DNA of 64,000 nucleotides from Octopus sinensis (Eukaryota): positions 25,358,001-25,422,000 of the forward strand of contig NC_043007.1 in NCBI RefSeq assembly GCF_006345805.1, read 5' to 3'. This document shows, piece after piece, positions 36,081 through 48,418 of this stretch (the stretch's first letter is position 1; each line of letters begins with the position of its first letter). A program made the translations under genes and the position numbers. The notes beneath the pieces are model-generated. The model saw only the letters and a program-made list of their open reading frames with translations, did not search any database and had not been told where the DNA came from.

Positions 36081-37602
36081 ATCATCATTAAGCGTCCGTT
36101 TTCCATGCTAGCATGGGTTGGACGGTTCAACTGGGGTTTGTGAAGCCGGAAGGCTTCATCAGGCCCAGTCCGATCTGGCAGTGTTTCCACGGCTGGATGC
36201 CCTTCCTAACACCAACCACTCCGTGAGTGTAGTGGGTGCTTTTTACGTGCCACCCACACAGGTGCCAGACAGAGCTGGCAAACGGCCACGAACGGATGGT
36301 GCTTTTACGTGCCACCGGCACGGGGGCCAGGCGAGGCTGGCAACGGACACGAACGGATGGTGCTTTTACGTGCCACCGGCACGGGGGCCAGGCGAGGCTG
36401 GCAGCAGACACGAACGGATGGTGCTTTTACATGCCACCGGCACGGAGGCCAGACAGGGCGGTGCCGGCAACGACCACGATCGGATGGTTCGCTTAACCAC
36501 AGCTGCAATTTCCACTGATGTTGATCGACCTCAATTTTGGTTCTGCTTTCTGATATTTGATTTGGTTTGATTTTGATTTTGACTGTTCTCACTGGTCTTG
36601 CTGGGTCTTCTCACGCACAGCATACTTCCATAGGTCTCGGTCTCTAGTCATTTCCTTGGTGAGACCTAAAGTTCGAAGGTCGTGCTTCACCACCTCGTCC
36701 CAGGTTTTCCTGGGTCTACCTCTTCCACAGGTTCCCTCAACTGCTAGGGTATGGCACTTTTGCACACAACTATCTTCACCCATTCTCGTCACATGCCCAT
36801 ACCAGCGCAGCCGTCTCTCTTGCACACCACAACTGATGCTTCTTAGGTCCAACTTTTCTCTCAAGGTACTTACACTCTGTCGATTATGAACACTGACATT
36901 ACACATCCATCGGAGCATACTGGTTTCATTTCTTGCGAGCTTACGCATATCCTCAGCAGTCGCAGCCCATGTTTCACTACCATGTAGTATGGCTGTACGT
37001 ACACATGCATCATACAGTCTGCCTTTTACTCTGAGCGAGAGGCCTTTTGTCACCAGCAGGGGTAAGAGCTCTCTAAACTTTGCCCGGGCTATTCTTACTC
37101 TAGCAGTTATACTTTCAGCACACCCACTCCTACTACTGACTTGGTCACCTCGGTAGCGGAAGCTATCAACTACTTCTAGTTTTTCTCCCTGGAACGTGGT
37201 AGAAGTTGGTCTCTGCACATTTTCAGTGTTTATTGCTCCTGAGCATCTGCCACAGACAAAAACTATTTTCCTAGTTAGCCTTCCTTTGACATTGCTACAC
37301 CTCTTATGTGTCCATAGCTTGCACTTGGTGCACCTTATAGAGTTTCTACCTACACCTTTTTTACAGATCGAGCAGGGCCATCTACCTGAAGGCGTTTGTG
37401 ACTTGTCTACTTTCCTACTTATTAGGACTTTGGTTTTGGCTAGGTTGATTCTAAGGCCCTTCGATTCTAAACCTTGCTTCCACACCTGAAACTTCTCCTC
37501 CAGTTCTGATAGTGACTCAGCAATAAGAGCAAGGTCATCAGCATAGAGGAGCTCCCAGGGGCATCCTGTCTTGAATTCCTCCGTTATTGCCTGGAGGGCT
37601 AT
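36081..37602 (-). mobile_element. 5'-truncated RTE-clade LINE with complete 3' UTR
   Basis: RT ORF continues directly into a UTR with a 61-bp VNTR, GGAAGGGCATCCAGCC and an (ATG)n tail. Confidence 0.9.
36589..37602 (-). CDS. RTE reverse transcriptase, 3' part, with embedded PHD-type finger
   Basis: LLYADDLAL, GLRINLAKTKVL, FRY(R)GD, LY..CVR..ILHGSETW, RLRWYGHV.RM, GRGRPRKTW. The ORF's first 26 aa read through microsatellite/SINE sequence and are excluded. Confidence 0.88.
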   Translation of the reverse strand: MALQAITEEFKTGCPWELLYADDLALIAESLSELEEKFQVWKQGLESKGLRINLAKTKVLISRKVDKSQTPSGRWPCSICKKGVGRNSIRCTKCKLWTHKRCSNVKGRLTRKIVFVCGRCSGAINTENVQRPTSTTFQGEKLEVVDSFRYRGDQVSSRSGCAESITARVRIARAKFRELLPLLVTKGLSLRVKGRLYDACVRTAILHGSETWAATAEDMRKLARNETSMLRWMCNVSVHNRQSVSTLREKLDLRSISCGVQERRLRWYGHVTRMGEDSCVQKCHTLAVEGTCGRGRPRKTWDEVVKHDLRTLGLTKEMTRDRDLWKYAVREKTQQDQ

Positions 37603-37769
37603 GTATGTGTATTTATCATAGTCCTGTTGCTCCAGTCCACTCAGCTGGCAAAATGAGTAAATCCTGTGGCTGACCAGCATCCCAGTCAGTGGGGAAATAT
37701 TTACACCAAAGAATCCAGGAAAGCAGCCTTATGAGCCCATGGCTCAGAAAGGACCTTTCGTACTTTTTT

Positions 37770-37879
37770 TGCTACACACACACACATATATATATATACA
37801 CATATAAATATATATATATATATATACACATATAAATATATATATATACACATATAAATATATATATATATATATACAC

Positions 37880-37927
<48 letters not shown>

Positions 37928-38569
37928 CAATATATATATAAATATATACACATATATATATATATAAATATATACACATATATATATATATAAATATATA
38001 CACCTATATATATATAAATATATACACACATATATATATAAATATATACACACATACATATATATATACATATATACATATATATACACATATATATACA
38101 TGTCGGTGGCATGTAAAAGCACCATCCGTTCGTGCCCGTTGCCAGCCTCGCCTGGCCCCCGTGCCAGTGACACGTAAAAGCACCATCCGTTTCGTGGCCG
38201 TTTGCCAGCTCTGTCTGGCCCCCGTGTTGGTGGCACGTAAAAGCACCATCCGTTCGTGTCCGTTGCCCCGTGCCGGTGACACGTAAAAGCACCATCCGTT
38301 CGTGGCCGTTTGCCAGCTCTGTCTGGCACCTGTGCAGGTGGCACGTAAAAAGCACCCACTACACTCACGGAGTGGTTGGCGTTAGGAAGGGCATCCAGCC
38401 GTAGAAACACTGCCAGATCTGACTGGGCCTGATGAAGCCTTCCAGCTTCACAGACCCCAGTTGAACCGTCCAACCCATGCTAGCATGGAGAACAGACGCT
38501 AAATGATGATGATATACACATATATATACACACATATATATACATATATATATATACACATATATACAC

Positions 38570-38600
<31 letters not shown>

Positions 38601-38648
38601 TATATACATATATATATCACACATATATATACATATATATATACACAC

Positions 38649-38688
<40 letters not shown>

Positions 38689-38751
38689 TACACACATAAT
38701 ATATACATATATATATATATACATATATACATACATATATATATATAATAT

Positions 38752-38794
<43 letters not shown>

Positions 38795-38845
38795 ATATAT
38801 ACCACATATATATATATATATACACATATATACACACATATATAA
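37770..38845. repeat. (TA)n/(CATA)n microsatellites flanking an RTE UTR copy
   Basis: Seen directly. Confidence 0.9.
38101..38513 (+). mobile_element. 5'-truncated RTE 3' UTR (4 VNTR units)
   Basis: High similarity to 36081-36480 in opposite orientation. Confidence 0.85.
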
Positions 38846-38869
38846 CATATCAGCAAAATTAATGGATGG

Positions 38870-40660
38870 ACAAATTACCAGAAGGAAATTAATCATGTTC
38901 CTTGAAAACAGCTTGCTAATGAACAACCAACACAGCTTTCAACCAGGAAGGAGCTGCCTGACACAGCTCCTACAAAACTTACAACTGGGTGTTAAAACAG
39001 TTGCTCAGCCACTCGAATGTGAGATGTGGTACATACCAACTTTGGGAAAACCTTTGATAGAGTTGATCATGGAATGATATGCCACAAACTGCATGATCTT
39101 GACATAGTTGGAAAACTAGGGTGGTGATTACATGGCTCTTAGAAAAACAGAAGACAGGCAGCTGTAGCCAATGAGGCCATCTCTTAGGAAACAATAACAG
39201 TGAATGGTGTTTAACAGGGTGTTACCTTGAGGCCAGTACTGTTCATAATGGCTCTCTCAGAGATCTCATATCAGCTACATAGATAACCATTCTCACAAGC
39301 TATGCAGGCAATACAAAAGTATCACAGGTGATTAACCTTGGAGTTGCTATGCACTTGCAACATGATTTAAGGCTAAGTATAAGTAGCTGAACAAAATAAT
39401 ATGCAATTTAATGCATAAAAGTTCCAAGCACTCTATTCTCAGTACACAAAGATAAATGCAATGCATGCAAAATACACTGAACCAGGAGAGACTGCAGTAC
39501 CAGAATCACAATCAGAAAGTGACCTGAGCATTGACATGAGTAATGATGCATCTTTCGCCTGGCCACCGTGCCGGTGACACGTAAAAGCACCATCCGTTCG
39601 TGGCCGTTTGCCAGCCCTGTCTGGCCCCCGTGTCGGAGGCATGTAAAAGCACCATCCGTTCGTGTCCGTTGCCAGCCTCGCCTGGCCCCGTGCCGGTGAC
39701 ACGTAAAAGCACCATCCTTTCATGGCCGTTTGCCAGCTCTGTCTGGCACCTGTGCGGGTGGCACGTAAAAAGCACCCACTACACTCACGGAGTGGTTGGT
39801 GTTAGGAAGGGCATCCAGCCGTAGAAACACTGCCAGATCTAACTGGGCCTGATGAAGCCTTCCAGCTTCACAGACCCCAGTTGAACCGTCCAACCCATGC
39901 TAGCATGGAGAGCGGACGCTAAATGATGATGATGATGATGATGATATTACTAAAATGATAATGAAATGTAGACAGCTAGCTGGATGGATCCTTGCATCAA
40001 TCAGAACAAGAATGCAGGAGACTGTGATGATCCTCAGTTATTGCAAGCAATAATCTCAGATTATTGTTTGCAATGTTGCTTCCAATTGGGATCACCATGT
40101 AGTGCAAAATTAATGCTAGATCTTGAAATAATCCAATGCTGCTACATGAAGATTATCTAAATGCAACAGATCAGCTGCAGGGAAAGGCTGAAAAAGTTAG
40201 GACTTTATTCCTTAGAGCGAGAACAGAAAAGATATGCAGACACATATATCTGGAAGATCTTGAAAAGGTTTGCACCAAGCCTTGGCACTGGAAACTATGC
40301 TGATCCCTGAACAGGGGTGCCACTGCATAGGACCAAAGATTTCATCCTCATCATCAGGATTTAAGACCAGATACTGAAATAGCTTAGGGTTCAAAGGCCC
40401 ACAACTTTTGAATATCTTACTGAAAGATTTAAGAGATGTACATGGTGTGGATGGCGATGTCTTCAAAACACAACTGGGCCTTCTGCTGTCTAGAATTCCT
40501 GATGAGTCAACTTCACATTAAGAAACACAACTGAAGGCAGCAACTCTGAACTCCCTCATTCACCAAATGCCAACTAAAAAAAAATGGAATATCAATAAAA
40601 CTGTAGTACACCAATGGCAGAGCACCAGCATGTAATGGACTGAAAAAAGTAAAAGTTAAA
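38870..40660 (+). pseudogene. Decayed CR1/L2-like LINE (RT plus C-terminus), split by RTE UTR
   Basis: NQHSFQPGRSCLTQLL, FGKTFDRVDHG, SYA(DD)TKV, RERLKKLGLYSLER, NSLGFKGPQL.N.L, FK..L..LLS.IPDE, AATLNSL.HQ. Confidence 0.75.
39555..39945 (+). mobile_element. 5'-truncated RTE 3' UTR
   Basis: Near-identical to 38101-38513; interrupts the CR1/L2-like copy. Confidence 0.85.
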
Positions 40661-40661
40661 G

Positions 40662-40720
<59 letters not shown>

Positions 40721-40929
40721 CATTTCATTTGGGTATAAACCCTGGAGTTTACCCTATAAAGCTCATCCACAGGTCCAGGCTATCAGACAATTGGTTATCC
40801 AGAGGTTGTTTGTTATATCAAACACATGGATGAAAATCTACAAACATTCACAGAGTTTCTGCAGTTATAACCAAGGATAATGGAGTGAGCAAGTCCTTTT
40901 ATTTCATTGATTTACAATTGTTTCCTCAA

Positions 40930-40971
<42 letters not shown>

Positions 40972-41590
40972 TGAATAAAAAGCAAAGATCTAAATGTTAT
41001 TTCAAAATAAGCTCTATGGCAGCTTCTTCAGTGAAAATACAAACCATCATCCATGTAATGATTCCTTAATTAATACATAAAAATACATAAATTAATTTGA
41101 CTTGAGATGAGTAAACCATTCCATCAGGATATAAAATTAAAGGCAGCAATCAAAACACCAATCAGCATCGCTTTAACGGTGTCAAATTTAAAACACCAAC
41201 AGAGTTTTAATTTTCATTTTTCATTTTTATTTCCTGATGAAATGGTGAACCATTTCAGATTAATAAATCAAATATTTTTATGAACTATGTAATGGTTACA
41301 TGGATAATGATGCTTGTGTTCCACAGCTGAAATACAGCTGTAGAAATTTGAAATATCAGCGAGGTCTTTACTTTTTACTCTTCTAAATGGTTTGCTCTGG
41401 ACTTTCATTCTGGCCAGTTTATCTTTATGCACACTCATTCCTGTCATGGATATTGCTTTGAAGTAATAATATGTTGGAGCTTAACGACATGTGAGACATT
41501 GAGCTCATAAATTCAGTGGATATATTTTATAGTACTTAGGCTCTAATTCAAAACAATGAAATACATTAATGTGTGTGAGTGTATGTAATA

Positions 41591-41647
<57 letters not shown>

Positions 41648-41681
41648 CTTAGAAGGAGATCATATATACCATATACATATA

Positions 41682-41719
<38 letters not shown>

Positions 41720-41760
41720 GTACATATCTTAGAAGGAGATCATATATACAATATACATAC

Positions 41761-41813
<53 letters not shown>

Positions 41814-42464
41814 AAATGTAATATAAATCTATATCATATTACATTATATATATTACAATCAATATATATATATTTGTGGCCCATAAAGATTATTGTTATT
41901 TTTATTATTATTATTGTTATCATTATTATTGTTGTTGTTTTTATTACTATTACGACTAAGGCAGTATACTGGTAAACTTGTTAGCACATTGGACAAAATG
42001 CTCTGTGGCTTTTCTTCCCACCTTTCATATTCTGAGTACAATTTCTGCCAAGGTCAACTTTGGTTGCCATCTTTTCCAGGTCAATAAAATAAAGTACCAG
42101 TCAAGTAATACCCACCCACTAGAAATGATGGCTTTGCACCAAAACTTCACATAATTATCATTATTAATAATAAAATGCAATATCATATTCTCATATCAGT
42201 CAATTTGCCAATCAGTTTCATACCAGATGTTGAGAAAATCTTGCAATCATCAGATAAGGTTGAAAACACTGGTATGGCATGGGCTCTTTACTACTGGAAA
42301 TTTACAGATCTCCAGAGACAAAGAGTCATGAAACCAATTGGTAAATTAGCTGATATGAGAATATAATATTGTCTTTTATGAATAATGATATATCCACTCT
42401 GATCACCAATACGAGTACCTGTTTTTCCTGACTTATGGATTTTTAGACAACTATATATATTATG

Positions 42465-42696
42465 TATTTCTTTACTACCCACAAGGGGCTAAACACAAAA
42501 GGGACAAACAAGGACAGACAAATGGACTAAGTCAATTACATCAACCCTAGTGCGTAACTGGTACTTAATTTATCGACTCCAAAAGGATGAAAGGCAAAGT
42601 CGACCTCGGCGGAATTTGAACCCAGAACGTAACGGCAGACGAAATACGGCTACGCATTTCGCCCGGCGTGCTAATGTTTCTGCCAGCTCGCCGCCC
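42465..42696 (-). mobile_element. Family C SINE
   Basis: 23-bp TSD tttagacaactatatatattatg. Confidence 0.9.
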
Positions 42697-43345
42697 TTTA
42701 GACAACTATATATATTATGGATGTATAATTAAAAAGTTTGTTCTATAGCCACATGGTTTTTGGCACAGTCCACAGCATGGTACCTCAGGAAAATCACTCC
42801 TACAGTCATCCTGGGTTGACCAAAGAGTTATGAAAGGATTTACTGGTCCAAAACTGAAAGAAGCTTGTCTTATACACGTGTGTGTGTGTGTGAGTTTGCA
42901 TCCCATCGTCTTGACATTGCATGATGCTTGTAAATGAGTAAATAAGTATCAACTTAGTGTTAGTTGTTTCTAATTTCCCATGACAACAAACCGAGCCACA
43001 GGGAAATATCACCAAGCTTGGAAACAGGAAAGGCATCCAGCCACAAGCATAAAAAATCTCAGAGAGAGAGAGAGAGTGTGTGTGTGTATATAAATATATA
43101 TGTATGTATGAATGAATGTATGTATGTATCTGGAGGCACATGTTTTAGTGATTAGGGTGCTGCACTCTTAATCATAAGATTGTGGGTTCATTTCTAGGTC
43201 CAGGAGATGTGTAGTGTTCCTGAGCAAAACATTTCATTTCATGTGAGGTCAGAGAAATGGGACTGTAGTTTTTAGCATCAGCTCTGCTTCTCCTTTTATG
43301 AATAGGGTATATTTTGTCTTCTTGTAACTTGCATGGAAGCTTGTC

Positions 43346-43579
43346 TGTTTCTTTATTACCCACAAGGGGCTAAACATAGAGCGGACAAACAAGGACAGAC
43401 AAACAGATTAAGTCGATTACATCGACCCCAGTGCGTAACTGGTACTTAATTTATCGACCCCGAAATGACGAAAGGCAAAGTCGACCTCGGTGGAACTTGA
43501 ACTCAGAATGTAATGGCAGATGAAATACGGCTAAGCATTTCGCCCAGCATGCTAACGATTCTGCCAGCTCGCCGCCTTA
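43346..43579 (-). mobile_element. Family C SINE next to a small RT remnant (43240-43345, PIHK..KNYSPISLTS)
   Basis: 17-bp TSD ttgcatggaagcttgtc at 43329-45 and 43580-96. Confidence 0.88.
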
Positions 43580-43821
43580 TTGCATGGAAGCTTGTCATCT
43601 GCTGGTGCCATGTGAAAGGCACCCATACTGGTGCTGTGTAACAACACCCAGTACACTCTGTGAAGTGGTTGGTATTAGGAAGGGTACCCAGCTGTAGAAA
43701 CCATGCCAAACAGACATGGAACCTGAACAGCCCTTCAGCCGCTCAGCTCGTGTCAAACCATCCAACTATGCATGGATGGAAAATTGATGTTAAATGATGA
43801 TATAATATATATATATATCTC

Positions 43822-43982
43822 CGACAGGCTTCTTTCAGTTTCCGTCTACCAAATCCACTCACAAGGCTCTGGTCGGCCCGAGGCTATAGCAGAAGACACT
43901 TGCCCAAGATGCCACGCAGTAGGACTGAACCCGGAACCATGTGGTTGGTTAGCAAGCTACTTACCACACCGCCACTCCTGCG

Positions 43983-43985
<3 letters not shown>
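43822..43985 (-). mobile_element. Family A SINE 5' half
   Basis: Head plus CORE-like segment only. Confidence 0.85.
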
Positions 43986-44051
<66 letters not shown>

Positions 44052-44595
44052 GCATATTTTGAGTTCTCTCTTTTATTTCAAGCTCTAGGACTCAAGGATG
44101 GTTTTTCAGTTTCATGGCACATAAGGAACTGAAATCACAGTATAACTCCCTGAACAGGGTACCAGTCCATTATAGGGTTCAAGGTCAGCCATTTTGAGGG
44201 GAGGGGTGAGACAGTTACATTGGCCTTCATAATTGGCTGGTACCTTGTTTCATCAGAGTTAACCTCAGTAGGATTTGAACTCAGAACATAAAGAGCTGGA
44301 AGAAATATTGATTTCAAATTTTGGTGCAAAGCCAGCAGTTTCAGGGGAGTGAGTAAGTCAATTACCTCAACCTTTGTTCTCAACTGGTGCTATATTTTAT
44401 GAACCCTGAAAGGATGAAATGCAAAGTGCACCTTGGCTAAATTTGAATTCAGAATGTAGGGACAGAGGAAATGCTTGGCATGGTAATGAATTTGCCAACT
44501 CGTCCACCTTAAAGTGCTGAAAGAAGTATTGCTAAGCATTTAGTCCATTGTGCTAATGATTCTGCCAGTTCACTGCCTTATAGATACATATTCAT

Positions 44596-45020
44596 ACACA
44601 CATACATAGAGAGAAGATGCAAAAGATATGCAATGGTATATATAGATCCTGGAAGGTCTAGTACCCAACTTTGGAATTAAAAGCTATACCAACCCTCCCC
44701 TCAAAATGGCTGACATTGAACCCTATATTGGACTGGTACCCTGTTCAGGGGGTTATACTGTGATTTCAGTTCTTTATGTTCCATGAAACTGGATAACCAT
44801 CCTTGACTGGACTCTGCTGCATTGTACCGAAGATCCACCCTCTCCATCTAGAGTAAGGGCCCACTTCTGTAACAACTTGGGGTTCATGGGCCCACAGTTT
44901 TTCAATATCTTGTCAAAAACTTCAGAGATCTATGAGGCACAAATGTGAATGTATTTTAAGAACACTTAGACAAATATATATCTGAGATAGGCAGGTGAAG
45001 CCACACCAAGACAACAAATG
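44596..45020 (+). pseudogene. CR1/L2-like C-terminal remnant (same type as 40200-40560)
   Basis: KRYAMVYI.ILEGLVPNFG .. C.VPKI .. NNLGFMGPQFFNIL; interrupted at 44693-44806. Confidence 0.55.
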
Positions 45021-45165
45021 CAAGAGAGAGGGTCAGGAAGTGAGTTTGAAATATAGTAACAGTTGCAGAAATGAGGTGCCATGGCCCCTAGCAGTGACCA
45101 GTAACACTTTAAAAGAATATAATACCAAGAAGGCATGAATGTGCATGCACACACACACACACACA

Positions 45166-45352
45166 TGGCAGGGTGCTAAAAAGTTCCTGGCTTTAAGGGT
45201 ATCACAAAAGGCCTGATTGGTGGCCAAACTTTCTGAGTACTTTTATAGGGCTTAGAAAAACCGAAGGACCAGCTCAATAAGTGTGTAAACCTGAGAGAGG
45301 AATATGTTGAATATTCTTTTACCCCAAACCAGGAAATTTTCAGCACTCTCAC
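45166..45352 (+). mobile_element. mariner-derived MITE (internally deleted)
   Basis: ~24-bp imperfect TIRs gggtgctaaaaagttcctggcttt / aaaccaggaaattttcagcactc; internal NKCVNLREEYVE resembles the mariner transposase C-terminus; TA TSD not intact. Confidence 0.55.
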
Positions 45353-45399
45353 AACCGCACAATTGCAAGCCTGACACTCTAACCACTGAGCCATCTGCC

Positions 45400-45454
45400 G
45401 TCACACATACATACATACATCTGTGAGATACACATATTTACAGATATATAATGC

Positions 45455-45487
<33 letters not shown>

Positions 45488-45754
45488 TGGTAAAATAAAT
45501 ATAATATATACATATGATATACGTATGTAGGAATATCATACATATGTAGTATATATGTGTGATATATTTGTACATAAATTATATATATACATTTCATATG
45601 TATATATACGCTTATTGTTTTATATATCTATGTATTCATATTTCATATATATGCTCTCATACGTATAATATTTTTATACATACACATATATATATAATAT
45701 AGATATATAATATATATATACATATACATAAACACACATATAGACATAATATAG

Positions 45755-45796
<42 letters not shown>

Positions 45797-46200
45797 AACA
45801 CACATATAGACATATATAGATATTATGTATATATATTTTATAATACATATCAAATTTATAATAGTATATATCATATAATATATATACATATATCATCATC
45901 ATCAATGAAAAATAAGTAATATATATTATATAGGATATATGTATATATGTATGAAATAAATACAATATATATTTTATGTTTTATATACATATTATATATC
46001 AGATATATGAATATATTTTTTATAAAATATTTTATATAAATATTTTTATTATTTAGAGGATAGATGTATTTATAAAATATTTTCATATATCAGATATATA
46101 ATATATATATATATATAAAATGTAGATATGGTATCTACATATATAATATATATATATCGACATGCAAATATAATATAGATTTCATCTGCTTATGATATAT
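45400..46200. repeat. Degenerate (TA)n-rich tract
   Basis: Seen directly. Confidence 0.85.
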
Positions 46201-47033
46201 ATTCTTTTATTCTTTTACTTGTTTCAGTCATCTGACTGCAGCCATGCTGGAGCACCATCTTGAAGGGTTTTAGTGAACAAATCGACCCCAGGACTTATTT
46301 TTTAAGCCTAGTACTTGTTCTATTGGTTTCTTTTGCTGAACTGCTAGGTTACAGGGACATAAACACACCAACACCAGTGATGGAGGGGACAAACAGAGAC
46401 ACAAAAGTACACACACATAGATATATTCATATATATATATATATATATATGCATATATATATTTTCTTTTATTCTTTTACTTGTTTCAGTCATTTGACAG
46501 TGGCCATGCTGGAGCACCGCTTTTAGTTGAGCAAATCGATCCCAGGATTTATTCTTTGGTAGCCTAGTACTTATTCTATCGTTCTCTTTTGCCAAACCGC
46601 TAGGTTACAGGGACATAAACACACCAGCATCGGTTGTCAAGCGATGTTGAGGAGACAAACACAAACACACATATACGGCAGACTTCTTTCAGTTTCCTTC
46701 TGCCAAATTCACTCACAAGGCTTTGGTCGGCCCAAGGCTATAGTAGAAGACACTTGCCCAAGGTGCCATACACCGAGACTGAACCCATGTGGTTGCTGTT
46801 ATACTCAGTTATTTATACAATAACCTATTAATTAGTGAAGAACCTTGGATTTACTGCATGCACCTGTCACATGGAGTAAATAACCTGTATGGATTGCTAT
46901 ACTCTTTATTGGTTCCTGGGTTTACCAGTTTTATTAAATAGAGTGCTTAGTGATGTATATGTTATCCCTTTGTTTATGCATTTCGTGTTGTTTGAACCGT
47001 TGGTGATGTCCTGTACCCATATATGCTTGTATA

Positions 47034-47079
<46 letters not shown>

Positions 47080-47340
47080 TATATATTACACCATGATATA
47101 TATATATTATTTACTATATATATATATATGTATATATCATTTATTATTTATATATAATCTCTTTTTTCTCTTTTACTTGTTTCAATCATTTGACTGTAGC
47201 CATGCTGGAGCACTGCCTTTAGTTGAGAAAATCGCCTCCCAGGACTTATCTAAACACACCACCATCGGTTGTCAGGCGATGTTGGCGGGACAAACATAGA
47301 CACACAAACATATACACACACATGCATGTATATATGTGTG

Positions 47341-47371
<31 letters not shown>

Positions 47372-47975
47372 GTATGTATGTACATACGGCGGGCTTCTTT
47401 CAGTTTCCGTCTACCAAATCCACTCACAAGGCTTTGGTCGGCCTGAGGCTATTGTAAAAAACACTTACCCGAGGTGCCAATCAGTAGGAATGAACCTGGA
47501 ACTATGTGGTTGGTAAGCAAGCTACTTACCACACAGCCACTCCTGCACTATATATATATATATATAAATATTCGCAATTGTTTATATATTGTCTGTGTGG
47601 TAAGACGCTTGCTTACCAACCACATGGTGTTGGGTTCAGTCCCACTGTGTGGCACCTTGGGCAGGTGTCTTCTGCTATAGCCTCATGCTGACCAAAGCCT
47701 TGTGAGTTTATTTGGTTGACGGAAACTGAAAGAAGCCTGTCATATATGTGTGTGTGTGTGCGTATGTTTATGTGTCTGTTTGTCTCACCACCATTACTTG
47801 ACAACTGATGTTGCTCTGTTTATGTTGCCATAACTTAGCGCTTTGGCAAAAGAGACCGATAGAATAAGTACTAGGCTTACAAAGACTAAGTCCTGCTGTC
47901 GATTTGTTTGACTAAAGGCAGTGCTCCAACATGGCCTCAGACAAATGACTGAAACAAGTTAAAGAGTAAAAGAGA
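46201..47975. mobile_element. Cluster of four family A SINEs (46201-46430 -, 46466-46796 -, 47165-47546 -, 47595-47975 +)
   Basis: Similarity to family A. Confidence 0.8.
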
Positions 47976-48386
47976 ATATGCATATACATACATACATACA
48001 TACATACATCATACATACATACATACATATATACATACATACATACATACATACATACATACATACATCATACATCCATACATATATATATATATATACG
48101 AAAACTAAAAAAAAAAAAAAACTGGCTGGCTAGCTGGCCACATATAGAACGTCAATGGTTTAAGGTTTTCTGGGCATGGGGTTGCCAGTAGCCGGGTCTA
48201 AACAACATTGTTATCATTTTTGTGATAGTTTTAGTTCAGAGGAGACACTGCCAGAGATGATAGTGGAAGATAGCATGGGAAGCTGAGAGGAAGAAGGAAG
48301 ACTACTGTTTTGTTGTCGGTTGTCGTTACCGAAACAGCTGTCTCGTAAGAGACTGTAATGTTTTCAGCTAAACTGAGATCTCTACA

Positions 48387-48418
<32 letters not shown>

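Noticed and set aside
41268-41447. 59-aa minus-strand ORF with KPFRRVK, recalling the Nopp140/SRP40 C-terminus
   Set aside because: Similarity is limited to ~6 residues; the downstream conserved motif and good splice sites are absent.
48240-48344. Candidate exon (ETLPEMIVEDSMGS*) with GTAAGA donor
   Set aside because: Early stop followed by a downstream donor, no homology; cannot be distinguished from chance.
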